Positions 1 through 15,000 of a stretch of 64,000 bases of DNA are shown one piece after another. This DNA is from Squalus acanthias (lineage: Eukaryota). Location: positions 1,178,001 to 1,242,000 of the forward strand of contig CM059433.1 of assembly GCA_030390025.1 (NCBI GenBank), given 5' to 3'. The notes below the pieces were generated by a model. That model did not search any database. It worked only from the letters and a program-made list of their open reading frames with translations, and was not told where the DNA came from. Positions within the stretch are counted from its first letter, which is position 1; the number at the start of each line of letters is the position of its first letter. The position numbers and the translations under genes were made by a program.

Positions 1-3000
1 GGGACAGTGTTAGTACTGGGGAGAGTGTTAGTAATGGTGACAGTGTCAGTACTGGTGACAGTGTCAGTACTGGGGACAGTGTTAGTGCTGGTGACAGAGT
101 TTCTACTTGTGACAGTGTTTGTACTGGTGATAGTGTTAGTATTGGTGACAGTGTCAATACTGGTGACAGTGTTAGTACTGGTGACAGTGTTAGTGCTGGT
201 GACAGTGTCAGTACTGGGGACAGTGTTAGTACGGGGGACAGTGTTAGTACTGGGGACAGTGTTAGTACTGGGGACAGTGTTTGCACTGTGGACAGTGTTA
301 GTACTGGGGACAGTGTTAGTACTGGTGGCAGTGTTAGTACTGGGGACAATGTTAGAACTGGGGACTGTGTTAGCACTGGTGACCGTGTTAGTGCTGGTGA
401 CAGTGTTAGTACTGGGGACAGTGTTAGTACTGGTGAGAGTGTTAGTACTGGTGACAGTGTCAGTACTGGTGACTGTGTTAGTACTGGTGACAGTGTTAGT
501 ACTGGTGACAATGATAGTACTGGGGACAGTGTTAGTACTGGTGACAGTGTTAGTACTGATGACAGTGTCATACTGGGGTCACTGTCATTGCTGGTGACAG
601 TGTTAATGCTGGAGACAGTGTTAGTGCTGGTGAAAGTGTTAATACTAGTGACAGTGTTAGTACTGCTGACAGTGTTACTACTGGGGACAGTGTTAGTACT
701 GGTGACAGTGTTAGTACTGGTGACAGTGTTACTGCTGGTGACATTGACAGTACTTGTGACAGTGTTAGTACTGGTGACAATGTTAGTACTGGTGACTTTG
801 TTAGTACTGGTGACAGTGTTAGTACTGGTGACAGTGTTTGTACTTGTGACAGTGTTAGTACTGGGGACAGTGTTAGTACTGGTGACTTTGTTAGTACTGG
901 TGACAGTCTTAGTACTGGTGACAGTGTTTGTACTTGTGACAGTGTTAGTGCTGGTGGCAGTGTTAGTACTGGGGACAGTGTTAGTGCTGGTGACAGTGTC
1001 AGTACTGGTGACAGTGTTAGTACTGGGGACAGTGTTAGTACTGGTGACAGTGTTAGTATGGGGGACAGTGTTAATACTGGGGACAGTGTCAGTGCTGGTG
1101 ACAGTGTTAGTACTGGGGACAGTGTTAGTACTGGTGAAAGTATCAGTACTGGGAACATTGTTAGTACTGGTGGCAGTGTTAGTATTGGGGACAGTTTTAG
1201 TACTGGTGACAGTGTCAGTACTGGTGACAGTGTTAGTACTAGCGACAGTGTTAGTGCTGGTGACAGTGCCAGTACTGGTGAAAGTGTTAGTACTGGTGAC
1301 AGTGTTAAGACTGGTGACATTGTTAGTCCTCGTGACAGTGTCAGTACTGGTGACAGTGTTAGTACTGGGGACAGTGTTAGTACTGGGGACAGTGTTAGTA
1401 CTGGTGGCAGTGTTAGTACTTGTGACATTGTTAGTACTGGTGACAGTTTTAGTGCTGGGGACAGTTTTAGTACTGGTGAAAGTGTTAGTTCTGGGGACAG
1501 TGTTAGTACTGGTGACAGTGTTAGTACTGGGGAAAGTGTTAGTACTGGTGACAGTGTTAGTACTGGTGACAGTGTTAGTGCTGGGGACAGTGTTAGTACT
1601 GGGGAAAGTGTTAGTACTGGTGACAGTGTTAGTACTGGGGAAGGTGTTAGTACTGGTGACAGTGTTAGTGCTGGTGGCAATGTCAGTACTGGGGACAGTG
1701 TTAGTACTGATGACAGTGTTAGTAGTGGTGACATTGTTAGTACTGGTGACAGTGTTAGTACTGGTGACAGTGTTAGTACTGGTGAAAATGTTAGTGCTGG
1801 TGACAGTGTTAGTACTGGTAAGAGTGTTAGTACTGGTGACAGTGTTAGTACTGGGGATAGTGTTAGTACTGGTGACAGTGTCAGTACTGGTGACAGTGTT
1901 AGTACTTGTGACAGTGTTAGTGCTGGTGGCAGTGTTAGTACTGGGGACAGTGTTAGTGCTGGTGACAGTGACAGTACTGGTGACAGTGGTAGTACTGGTG
2001 ACAGTGTTAGTACTGGTGACAGTGTCAGTACTGGGGACAGTGTTAGTGCTGGTGACAGAGTTTCTACTTGTGACAGTGTTTGTACTGGTGACAGTGTTTG
2101 TGCTGGTGACAGTGTTTGTACTGGTGACAGTGTTAGTACTGGTGACAGTGTTAGTACTGGGGACAGTGCTAGTACTGGTGACAGTGTTAGTACTGGTGAC
2201 ATTGTCAGTACTTGTGACATTGTTCGTACTGGTGACAGTGTTAGTGCTGGGGACAATTTTAGTACTGGGGAAAGTGTTATTACTGGTGACAGTGTTAGTA
2301 CTGGGGAAAGTGTTAGTACTGGTGACAGTGTTAGTACTGGTGACAGTGTTAGTACTGGGGAAAGTGTTAGTACTGGTGGTGACAGCGTTAGTACTGGTGA
2401 CAGTGTTAGTACTGGTGACAGTGTTAGTGCTGGTGACAGTGTCAGTATTGGTGACAGTGTTAGTTCGGGGGACAGTGTTAGTACTGGGGACAGTGTTAGT
2501 ACTGGGGACAGTGTTTGGACTGTGGACAGTGTTAGTACTGGGGACAGTGTTAGTACTGGTGGCAGTGTTAGTACTGGGGACAATGTTAGAACTGGGGACT
2601 GTGTTAGCACTGGTGACCGTGTTAGTGCTGGTGACAGTGCCAGTACTGGTGACAGTGTTAGTACTGGGGACAGTGTTAGTACTGGTGAGAGTGTTAGTAC
2701 TGGTGACAGTGTCAGTACTGGTGACTGTGTTAGTACTGGTGACAGTGTTAGTGCTGGTGACAGTGCCAGTACTGGTGACAGTGTTAGTACGGGGGACAGT
2801 GTTAGTACTGGTGACTTTGTTAGGATTGGTGACATTGTTAGTCCTCGTGACAGTGTCAGTACTGGTGACAGTGTTAGTACTGGGGACAGTGTTAGTACTG
2901 GGGACAGTGTTAGTACTGGTGACAGTGTTTGTACTGGGGACAGTGTTAGTACTGGTGGCAGTGTTAGTACTGGTGATATTGTTAGTACTTGTAACAGTGT

Positions 3001-6000
3001 TAGTACTGGGGACAGTGTTAGTACTGGTGACAGTGTTAGTACTGGGGACAGTGTTAGTACTGGTGACAGTGTTAGTACTGGGGACAGTGTTAGTACTGGG
3101 GACAGTGTTAGTACTGGTGGCAGTGTTAATACTGGGGACACTGTTAGTACTGGTGACAGTGTTAGTACTGTGATAGTGTTAGTATTGGTGACAGTGTCAA
3201 TACTGGTGACAGTGTTAGTACTGGTGACAGTGTTAGTGCTGGTGACAGTGTCAGTACTGGGGACAGTGTTAGTACGGGGGACAGTGTTAGTACTGGGGAC
3301 AGTGTTAGTACTGGGGACAGTGTTTGCACTGTGGACAGTGTTAGTACTGGGGACAGTGTTAGTACTGGTGGCAGTGTTAGTACTGGGGACAATGTTAGAA
3401 CTGGGGACTGTGTTAGCACTGGTGACCGTGTTAGTGCTGGTGACAGTGTTAGTACTGGGGACAGTGTTAGTACTGGTGACTGTGTTAGTACTGGTGACAG
3501 TGTTAGTACTGGTGACAATGATAGTACTGGGGACAGTGTTAGTACAGGTGACAGTGTTAGTACTGATGACAGTGTCATACTGGGGTCACTGTCATTGCTG
3601 GTGACAGTGTTAATGCTGGAGACAGTGTTAGTGCTGGTGAAAGTGTTAATACTAGTGACAGTGTTAGTACTGCTGACAGTGTTACTACTGGGGACAGTGT
3701 TAGTACTGGTGACAGTGTTAGTACTGGTGACAGTGTTACTGCTGGTGACATTGACAGTACTTGTGACAGTGTTAGTACTGGTGACAATGTTAGTACTGGT
3801 GACTTTGTTAGTACTGGTGACAGTGTTAGTACTGGTGACAGTGTTTGTACTTGTGACAGTGTTAGTACTGGGGACAGTGTTAGTACTGGTGACTTTGTTA
3901 GTACTGGTGACAGTCTTAGTACTGGTGACAGTGTTTGTACTTGTGACAGTGTTAGTGCTGGTGGCAGTGTTAGTACTGGGGACAGTGTTAGTGCTGGTGA
4001 CAGTGTCAGTACTGGTGACAGTGTTAGTACTGGGGACAGTGTTAGTACTGGTGACAGTGTTAGTATGGGGGACAGTGTTAATACTGGGGACAGTGTCAGT
4101 GCTGGTGACAGTGTTAGTACTGGGGACAGTGTTAGTACTGGTGAAAGTATTAGTACTGGGAACATTGTTAGTACTGGTGGCAGTGTTAGTATTGGGGACA
4201 GTTTTAGTACTGGTGACAGTGTCAGTACTGGTGACAGTGTTAGTACTAGCGACAGTGTTAGTGCTGGTGACAGTGCCAGTACTGGTGAAAGTGTTAGTAC
4301 TGGTGACAGTGTTAAGACTGGTGACATTGTTAGTCCTCGTGACAGTGTCAGTACTGGTGACAGTGTTAGTACTGGGGACAGTGTTAGTACTGGGGACAGT
4401 GTTAGTACTGGTGGCAGTGTTAGTACTTGTGACATTGTTAGTACTGGTGACAGTTTTAGTGCTGGGGACAGTTTTAGTACTGGTGAATGTGTTAGTTCTG
4501 GGGACAGTGTTAGTACTGGTGACAGTGTTAGTACTGGGGAAAGTGTTAGTACTGGTGACAGTGTTAGTACTGGTGACAGTGTTAGTGCTGGGGACAGTGT
4601 TAGTACTGGGGAAAGTGTTAGTACTGGTGACAGTGTTAGTACTGGGGAAGGTGTTAGTACTGGTGACAGTGTTAGTGCTGGTGGCAATGTCAGTACTGGG
4701 GACAGTGTTAGTACTGATGACAGTGTTAGTAGTGGTGACATTGTTAGTACTGGTGACAGTGTTAGTTCTGGTGACAGTGTTAGTACTGGTGAAAATGTTA
4801 GTGCTGGTGACAGTGTTAGTACTGGTAAGAGTGTTAGTACTGGTGACAGTGTTAGTACTGGGGATAGTGTTAGTACTGGTGACAGTGTCAGTACTGGTGA
4901 CAGTGTTAGTACTTGTGACAGTGTTAGTGCTGGTGGCAGTGTTAGTACTGGGGACAGTGTTAGTGCTGGTGACAGTGACAGTACTGGTTACAGTGTTAGT
5001 ACTGGGGACAGTTTTAGTACTGGTGACAGTGTCAGTACTGGTGACAGTGTTAGTACTAGCGACAGTGTTAGTGCTGGTGACAGTGCCAGTACTGGTGAAA
5101 GTGTTAGTACTGGTGACAGTGTTAAGACTGGTGACATTGTTAGTCCTCGTGACAGTGTCAGTACTGGTGACAGTGTTAGTACTGGGGACAGTGTTAGTAC
5201 TGGGGACAGTGTTAGTACTGGTGGCAGTGTTAGTACTTGTGACATTGTTAGTACTGGTGACAGTTTTAGTGCTGGGGACAGTTTTAGTACTGGTGAAAGT
5301 GTTAGTTCTGGGGACAGTGTTAGTACTGGTGACAGTGTTAGTACTGGGGAAAGTGTTAGTACTGGTGACAGTGTTAGTACTGGTGACAGTGTTAGTACTG
5401 GGGAAAGTGTTAGTACTGGTGACAGTGTTAGTACTGGTGACAGTGTTAGTGCTGGGGACAGTGTTAGTACTGGGGAAAGTGTTAGTACTGGTGACAGTGT
5501 TAGTACTGGGGAAGGTGTTAGTACTGGTGACAGTGTTAGTGCTGGTGGCAATGTCAGTACTGGGGACAGTGTTAGTACTGATGACAGTGTTAGTAGTGGT
5601 GACATTGTTAGTACTGGTGACAGTGTTAGTACTGGTGACAGTGTTAGTACTGGTGACAATGTTAGTGCTGGTGACAGTGTTAGTACTGGTAAGAGTGTTA
5701 GTACTGGTGACAGTGTTAGTACTGAGGATAGTGTTAGTACTGGTGACAGTGTTAGTACTTGTGACAGTGTTAGTGCTGGTGGCAGTGTTAGTACTGGGGA
5801 CAGTGTTAGTGCTGGTGACAGTGACAGTACTGGTGACAGTGTTAGTACTGGGGACAGTGCTTGTACTGGTGACAGTATTAGTACTGGGGACAGTGTTAGT
5901 ACTGGTGGCAGAGTTAGTACTGGGGACAGTGTTAGTACTTGTGACAGTGTTAGTACTGGTGACAGTGTCAGTGCTGGTGACAGTGTTAGTACTGGTGACA

Positions 6001-9000
6001 GTGTTAGTACTGGGGACAGTGTTAGTACTGGTGAAAGTATTAGTACTGGGAACATTGTTAGTACTGGTGGCAGTGTTAGTATTGGGGACAGTTTTAGTAC
6101 TGGTGACAGTGTCAGTACTCGTGACAGTGTTAGTACTAGCAACAGTGTTAGTGCTGGTGACAGTGCCAGTACTGGTGAAAGTGTTAGTACTGGTGACAGT
6201 GTTAAGACTGGTGACATTGTTAGTCCTCGTGACAGTGTCAGTACTGGTGACAGTGTTAGTACTGGGGACAGTGTTAGTACTGGGGACAGTGTTAGTACTG
6301 GTGGCAGTGTTAGTACTTGTGACATTGTTAGTACTGGTGGCAGTTTTAGTGCTGGGGACAGTTTTAGTACTGGTGAAAGTGTTAGTTCTGGGGACAGTGT
6401 TAGTACTGGTGACAGTGTTAGTACTGGGGAAAGTGTTAGTACTGGTGACAGTGTTAGTACTGGTGACAGTGTTAGTGCTGGGGACAGTGTTAGTACTGGG
6501 GAAAGTGTTAGTACTGGTGACAGTGTTAGTACTGGGGAAGGTGTTAGTACTGGTGACAGTGTTAGTGCTGGTGGCAATGTCAGTACTGGGGACAGTGTTA
6601 GTACTGATGACAGTGTTAGTAGTGATGATATTGTTAGTACTGGTGACAGTGTTAGTACTGGTGACAGTGTTAGTACTGGTGACAATGTTAGTGCTGGTGA
6701 CAGTGTTAGTACTGGTAACAGTGTTAGTACTGGTGACAGTGTTAGTACTGGGGATAGTGTTAGTACTGGTGACAGTGTCAGTACTGGTGACAGTGTTAGT
6801 ACTTGTGACAGTGTTAGTGCTGGTGGCAGTGTTAGTACTGGGGACAGTGTTAGTGCTGGTGACAGTGACAGTACTGGTGACAGTGTTAGTACTGGGGACA
6901 GTGCTTGTACTGGTGACAGTATTAGTACTGGGGACAGTGTTAGTACTGGTGGCAGTGTTAGTACTGGGGACAGTGTTAGTACTTGTGACAGTGTTAGTAC
7001 TGGTGACAGTGTCAGTGCTGGTGACAGTGTTAGTACTGGTGACAGTGTTAGTACTGGGGACAGTGTTAGTACTGGGGACAGTGTTAGTACTGGTGGCAGT
7101 GTTAATACTGGGGATAGTGTTAGTACTGGTGACATTGTCAGTACTGGTGACAGTGTTAGTACTTGTGACAGTGTTAGTGCTGGTGGCAGTGTTAGTACTG
7201 GGGACAGTGTTAGTGCTGGTGACAGTGACAGTACTGGTGACAGTGTTAGTACTGGGGACAGTGCTAGTACTGGTGACAGTATTAGTACTTGTGACAGTGT
7301 TAGTATTGGTGACAGTGTCAGTACTGGTGACAGTGTTAGTACTGGTGACATTGTCAGTACTTGTGACATTGTTAGTACTGGTGACAGTTTTAGTGCTGGG
7401 GACAGTTTCAGTACTGGTGACAGTGTTAGTACTGGGGTCAGTGTTAGTACTGGTAACAGTGTCAGTACTGGAGAAAGTGTTAGTACTGGTGACAGTGTTA
7501 GTACTGGTGACAGTGTTAGTGCTCGGGACAGTGTTAGTACTGGGGAAAGTGTTAGTACTGGTGACAGTGTTAGTACTGGGGAAAGTGTTAGTACTGGTGA
7601 CAGTGTTAGTGCTGGTGGCAATGTCAGTACTGGGGACAGTGTTAGTACTGGTGACAGTGTTAGTAGTGGTGACATTGTTAGTACTGGTGACAGTGTTAGT
7701 ACTGGTGACAGTGTTAGTACTGGTGACAATGTTAGTGCTGGTGACAGTGTTAGTACTGGTGATAGTGTTAGTACTGGTGACAGTGTTAGTACTTGTGACA
7801 GTGTTAGTGCTGGTGGCAGTGTTAGTACTGGGGACAGTGTTAGTGCTGGTGACAGTGACAGTACTGGTGACAGTGTTAGTACTGGGGACAGTGCTAGTAC
7901 TGGTGACAGTATTAGTACTTGTGACAGTGTTAGTACTGGTGACAGTGTTAGTGCTGGTGACAGTGCCAGTACTGGTGACAGTGTTAGTACGGGGGACAGT
8001 GTTAGTACTGGTGACAGTGTTAGGACTGGTGACATTGTTAGTCCTCGTGACAGTGTCAGTACTGGTGACAGTGTTAGTACCGGGGACAGTGTTAGTACTG
8101 GGGACAGTGTTAGTACTGGGGACAGTGTTAGTACTTGTGACAGTGTTAGTACTGTTGACGTGTCAGTGCTGGTGACAGTGTTAGTACTGGTGACAGTGTT
8201 AGTACTGGGGACAGTGTTTGTACTGGGGACAGGGTTAGTACTGGGGACAGTGTTAGTACTGGTGGCAGTGTTAATACTGGGGACACTGTTAGTACTGGTG
8301 ACAGTGTTAGTACTGTGACAGTGTTAGTATTGGTGACAGTGTCAGTACTGGTGACAGTGTTAGTACTGGTGACAGTGTTAGTGCTGGTGACAGAGTCAGT
8401 ACTGGTGACAGTGTTAGTACGGGGGACAGTGTTAGTTCTGGTGACAGTGTTAGGAACGGTGACATTGTTGGTACTCGTGACAGTGTCAGTACTGGTGACA
8501 GTGTTAGTACTGGGGACAGTGTTAGTACTCGTGACAGTGTTAGTACTGGGGACAGTGTTAGTGCTGGTGGCAGTATTAGAACTGGGGACAGTGTTAGTAC
8601 GGGGGACAGTGTTAGTACTGGTGACAGTGTTAGGACTGGTGACATTGTTAGTCCTCGTGACAGTGTCAGTACTGGTGACAGTGTTAGTACCGGGGACAGT
8701 GTTAGTACTGGGGACAGTGTTAGTACTGGGGACAGTGTTAGTACTTGTGACAGTGTTAGTACTGTTGACAGTGTCAGTGCTGGTGACAGTGTTAGTACTG
8801 GTGACAGTGTTAGTACTGGGGACAGTGTTTGTACTGGGGACAGGGTTAGTACTGGGGACAGTGTTAGTACTGGTGGCAGTGTTAATACTGGGGACACTGT
8901 TAGTACTGGTGACAGTGTTAGTACTGTGACAGTGTTAGTATTGGTGACAGTGTCAGTACTGGTGACAGTGTTAGTACTGGTGACAGTGTTTGTGCTGGTG

Positions 9001-12000
9001 ACAGAGTCAGTACTGGTGACAGTGTTAGTACGGGGGACAGTGTTAGTACTGGTGACAGTGTTAGGACCGGTGACATTGTTGGTACTCGTGACAGTGTCAG
9101 TACTGGTGACAGTGTTAGTACTGGGGACAGTGTTAGTACTCGTGACAGTGTTAGTACTGGGGACAGTGTTAGTGCTGGTGGCAGTATTAGTACTGGGGAC
9201 CGTGTTAGTACGGGGGACAGTGTTAGTAATGGTGACAGTGTTAGGACTGGTGACATTGTTAGTCCTCGTGACAGTGTCAGTACTGGTGACAGTGTTAGTA
9301 CCGGGGACAGTGTTAGTACTGGGGACAGTGTTAGTACTGGTGACAGTGTTAGGACCGGTGACATTGTTGGTACTCGTGACAGTGTCAGTACTGGTGACAG
9401 TGTTAGTACTGGGGACAGTGTTAGTGCTGGTGGCAGTATTAGTACTGGGGACCGTGTTAGTACGGGGGACAGTGTTAGTACTGGTGACAGTGTTAAGACT
9501 GGTGACATTGTTAGTCCTCGTGACAGTGTCAGTACTGGTGACAGTGTTAGTACTGGGGACAGTGTTAGTACTGGGGACAGTGTTAGTACTGGTGGCAGTG
9601 TTAGTACTTGTGACATTGTTAGTACTGGTGACAGTTTTAGTGCTGGGGACAGTTTTAGTACTGGTGAAAGTGTTAGTTCTGGGGACAGTGTTAGTACTGG
9701 TGACAGTGTTAGTACTGGGGAAAGTGTTAGTACTGGTGACAGTGTTAGTACTGGTGACAGTGTTAGTACTGGGGAAAGTGTTAGTACTGGTGACAGTGTT
9801 AGTACTGGTGACAGTGTTAGTGCTGGGGACAGTGTTAGTACTGGGGAAGTGTTAGTACTGGTGACAGTGTTAGTACTGGGGAAGGTGTTAGTACTGGTGA
9901 CAGTGTTAGTACTGATGGGGACAGTGTTAGTACTGATGACAGTGTTAGTAGTGGTGACATTGTTAGTACTGGTGACAGTGTTAGTACTGGTGACAGTGTT
10001 AGTACTGGTGACAATGTTAGTGCTGGTGACAGTGTTAGTACTGGTAAGAGTGTTAGTACTGGTGACAGTGTTAGTACTGGGGATAGTGTTAGTACTGGTG
10101 ACAGTGTTAGTACTTGTGACAGTGTTAGTGCTGGTGGCAGTGTTAGTACTGGGGACAGTGTTAGTGCTGGTGACAGTGACAGTACTGGTGACAGTGTTAG
10201 TACTGGGGACAGTGCTTGTACTGGTGACAGTATTAGTACTGGGGACAGTGTTAGTACTGGTGGCAGAGTTAGTACTGGGGACAGTGTTAGTACTTGTGAC
10301 AGTGTTAGTACTGGTGACAGTGTCAGTGCTGGTGACAGTGTTAGTACTGGTGACAGTGTTAGTACTGGGGACAGTGTTAGTACTGGTGAAAGTATTAGTA
10401 CTGGGAACATTGTTAGTACTGGTGGCAGTGTTAGTATTGGGGACAGTTTTAGTACTGGTGACAGTGTTAGTACTAGCAACAGTGTTAGTGCTGGTGACAG
10501 TGCCAGTACTGGTGAAAGTGTTAGTACTGGTGACAGTGTTAAGACTGGTGACATTGTTAGTCCTCGTGACAGTGTCAGTACTGGTGACAGTGTTAGTACT
10601 GGGGACAGTGTTAGTACTGGGGACAGTGTTAGTACTGGTGGCAGTGTTAGTACTTGTGACATTGTTAGTACTGGTGACAGTTTTAGTGCTGGGGACAGTT
10701 TTAGTACTGGTGAAAGTGTTAGTTCTGGGGACAGTGTTAGTACTGGTGACAGTGTTAGTACTGGGGAAAGTGTTAGTACTGGTGACAGTGTTAGTACTGG
10801 TGACAGTGTTAGTGCTGGGGACAGTGTTAGTACTGGGGAAAGTGTTAGTACTGGTGACAGTGTTAGTACTGGGGAAGGTGTTAGTACTGGTGACAGTGTT
10901 AGTGCTGGTGGCAATGTCAGTACTTGGGACAGTGTTAGTACTGATGACAGTGTTAGTAGTGATGATATTGTTAGTACTGGTGACAATGTTAGTGCTGGTG
11001 ACAGTGTTAGTACTGGTAACAGTGTTAGTACTGGTGACAGTGTTAGTACTGGGGATAGTGTTAGTACTGGTGACAGTGTCAGTACTGGTGACAGTGTTAG
11101 TACTTGTGACAGTGTTAGTGCTGGTGGCAGTGTTAGTACTGGGGACAGTGTTAGTGCTGGTGACAGTGACAGTACTGGTGACAGTGTTAGTACTGGGGAC
11201 AGTGCTTGTACTGGTGACAGTATTAGTACTGGGGACAGTGTTAGTACTGGTGGCAGTGTTAGTACTGGGGACAGTGTTAGTACTTGTGACAGTGTTAGTA
11301 CTGGTGACAGTGTCAGTGCTGGTGACAGTGTTAGTACTGGTGACAGTGTTAGTACTGGGGACAGTGTTAGTACTGGGGACAGTGTTAGTACTGGTGGCAG
11401 TGTTAATACTGGGGATAGTGTTAGTACTGGTGACATTGTCAGTACTGGTGACAGTGTTAGTACTTGTGACAGTGTTAGTGCTGGTGGCAGTGTTAGTACT
11501 GGGGACAGTGTTAGTGCTGGTGACAGTGACAGTACTGGTGACAGTGTTAGTACTGGGGACAGTGCTAGTACTGGTGACAGTATTAGTACTTGTGACAGTG
11601 TTAGTATTGGTGACAGTGTCAGTACTGGTGACAGTGTTAGTACTGGTGACATTGTCAGTACTTGTGACATTGTTAGTACTGGTGACAGTTTTAGTGCTGG
11701 GGACAGTTTCAGTACTGGTGACAGTGTTAGTACTGGGGTCAGTGTTAGTACTGGTAACAGTGTCAGTACTGGAGAAAGTGTTAGTACTGGTGACAGTGTT
11801 AGTACTGGTGACAGTGTTAGTGCTCGGGACAGTGTTAGTACTGGGGAAAGTGTTAGTACTGGTGACAGTGTTAGTACTGGGGAAAGTGTTAGTACTGGTG
11901 ACAGTGTTAGTGCTGGTGGCAATGTCAGTACTGGGGACAGTGTTAGTACTGGTGACAGTGTTAGTAGTGGTGACATTGTTAGTACTGGTGACAGTGTTAG

Positions 12001-15000
12001 TACTGGTGACAGTGTTAGTACTGGTGACAATGTTAGTGCTGGTGACAGTGTTAGTACTGGTGATAGTGTTAGTACTGGTGACAGTGTTAGTACTTGTGAC
12101 AGTGTTAGTGCTGGTGGCAGTGTTAGTACTGGGGACAGTGTTAGTGCTGGTGACAGTGACAGTACTGGTGACAGTGTTAGTACTGGGGACAGTGCTTGTA
12201 CTGGTGACAGTATTAGTACTTGTGACAGTGTTAGTACTGGTGACAGTGTTAGTGCTGGTGACAGTGCCAGTACTGGTGACAGTGTTAGTACGGGGGACAG
12301 TGTTAGTACTGGTGACAGTGTTAGGACTGGTGACATTGTTAGTCCTCGTGACAGTGTCAGTACTGGTGACAGTGTTAGTACCGGGGACAGTGTTAGTACT
12401 GGGGACAGTGTTAGTACTGGGGACAGTGTTAGTACTTGTGACAGTGTTAGTACTGTTGACAGTGTCAGTGCTGGTGACAGTGTTAGTACTGGTGACAGTG
12501 TTAGTACTGGGGACAGTGTTTGTACTGGGGACAGGGTTAGTACTGGGGACAGTGTTAGTACTGGTGGCAGTGTTAATACTGGGGACACTGTTAGTACTGG
12601 TGACAGTGTTAGTACTGTGACAGTGTTAGTATTGGTGACAGTGTCAGTACTGGTGACAGTGTTAGTACTGGTGACAGTGTTAGTGCTGGTGACAGAGTCA
12701 GTACTGGTGACAGTGTTAGTACGGGGGACAGTGTTAGTACTGGTGACAGTGTTAGGACCGGTGACATTGTTGGTACTCGTGACAGTGTCAGTACTGGTGA
12801 CAGTGTTAGTACTGGGGACAGTGTTAGTACTCGTGACAGTGTTAGTACTGGGGACAGTGTTAGTGCTGGTGGCAGTATTAGTACTGGGGACAGTGTTAGT
12901 ACGGGGGACAGTGTTAGTACTGGTGACAGTGTTAGGACTGGTGACATTGTTAGTCCTCGTGACAGTGTCAGTACTGGTGACAGTGTTAGTACCGGGGACA
13001 GTGATAGTACTGGGGACAGTGTTAGTACTGGGGACAGTGTTAGTACTTGTGACAGTGTTAGTACTGTTGACAGTGTCAGTGCTGGTGACAGTGTTAGTAC
13101 TGGTGACAGTGTTAGTACTGGGGACAGTGTTTGTACTGGGGACAGGGTTAGTACTGGGGACAGTGTTAGTACTGGTGGCAGTGTTAATACTGGGGACACT
13201 GTTAGTACTGGTGACAGTGTTAGTACTGTGACAGTGTTAGTATTGGTGACAGTGTCAGTACTGGTGACAGTGTTAGTACTGGTGACAGTGTTAGTGCTGG
13301 TGACAGAGTCAGTACTGGTGACAGTGTTAGTACGGGGGACAGTGTTAGTACTGGTGACAGTGTTAGGACCGGTGACATTGTTGGTACTCGTGACAGTGTC
13401 AGTACTGGTGACAGTGTTAGTACTGGGGACAGTGTTAGTACTCGTGACAGTGTTAGTACTGGGGACAGTGTTAGTGCTGGTGGCAGTATTAGTACTGGGG
13501 ACCGTGTTAGTACGGGGGACAGTGTTAGTAATGGTGACAGTGTTAGGACTGGTGACATTGTTAGTCCTCGTGACAGTGTCAGTACTGGTGACAGTGTTAG
13601 TACCGGGGACAGTGTTAGTACTGGGGACAGTGTTAGTACTGGTGACAGTGTTAGGACCGGTGACATTGTTGGTACTCGTGACAGTGTCAGTACTGGTGAC
13701 AGTGTTAGTACTCGGGACAGTGTTAGTACTCGTGACAGTGTTAGTACTGGGGACAGTGTTAGTGCTGGTGGCAGTATTAGTACTGGTGAGAGTGTTAGTA
13801 CTGGTGACAGTGTCAGTACTGGTGACTGTGTTAGTGCTGGTGACAGTGTCAGTACTGGGGACAGTGTTAGTACTGGTGACAGTGTTAGTACTGGTGACAG
13901 TTTTAGTACTGGTGACAGTGTTACTGCTGGTGACAGTGACAGTACTTGTGACAGTGTTAGTACTGGTGACAAAGTTAGTACTGGTGACTTTGTTAGTACT
14001 GGTGACAGTGTTAGTACTGGTGACAGTGTTTGTACTTGTGACAGTGTTAGTACTGGGGACAGTGTTAGTACTGGTGACTTTGTTAGTACTGGTGACAGTC
14101 TTAGTACTGATGACAGTATTTGTACTTGTGACAGTGTTAGTGCTGGTGGCAGTGTTAATACTGGGGACAGTGTTAGTGCTGGTGACAGTGTCAGTACTGG
14201 TGACAGTGTTAGTACTTGGGACAGTGTTAGTACTGGTGACAGTGTTAGTACGGGGGACAGTGTTAATACTGGGGACAGTGTCAGTACTGGTGAAAGTGTT
14301 AGTACTGGGAACAGTGTTAGAACTGGTGGCAGTGTTAGTACTGGGGACAGTGTTAGTACTGGTGACAGTGTTAGTACTTGTGACAGTGTCAGTATTGGTG
14401 ACAGTGTCAGTACTGGTGACAGTATTAGTACTGGTGACAGTGTTAGTGCTGGTGACAGTGCCAGTACTGGTGACAGTGTTAGTACGGGGGACAGTGTTAG
14501 TACTGGTGACATTGTTAGTCCTCATGACAGTGTCAGTACTGGTGACAGTGTTAGTACTGGGGACAGTGTTAGTACTGGGAACAGTGTTAGTACTGGTGGC
14601 AGTGTTAGTACTGGGGACAGTGTTAGTACTGGTGACAGTGTTAGTACTTGTGACAGTGTCAGTATTGGTGACAGTGTCAGTACTGGTGACAGTATTAGTA
14701 CTGGTGACAGTGTTAGTGCTGGTGACAGTGCCAGTACTGGTGACAGTGTTAGTACTGGGGACAGTGTTAGTACTGGGGACAGTGTTAGTACTGGTGGCAG
14801 TGTTAGTACTGGGGTTAGTGTTAGTACTGGTGGCAGTGTTAGTACTGGGGACAGTGTCAATGCTGGTGACAGTGTTAGTACTGGTGACAGTGTTCGTACT
14901 GGGGACAGTGTTAGTACTGGGGACAGTGTTAGTACTGGGGTTAGTGTTAGTACTGGTGGCAGTGTTAATACTGGGGACACTGTTAGTACTGGTGACAGTG

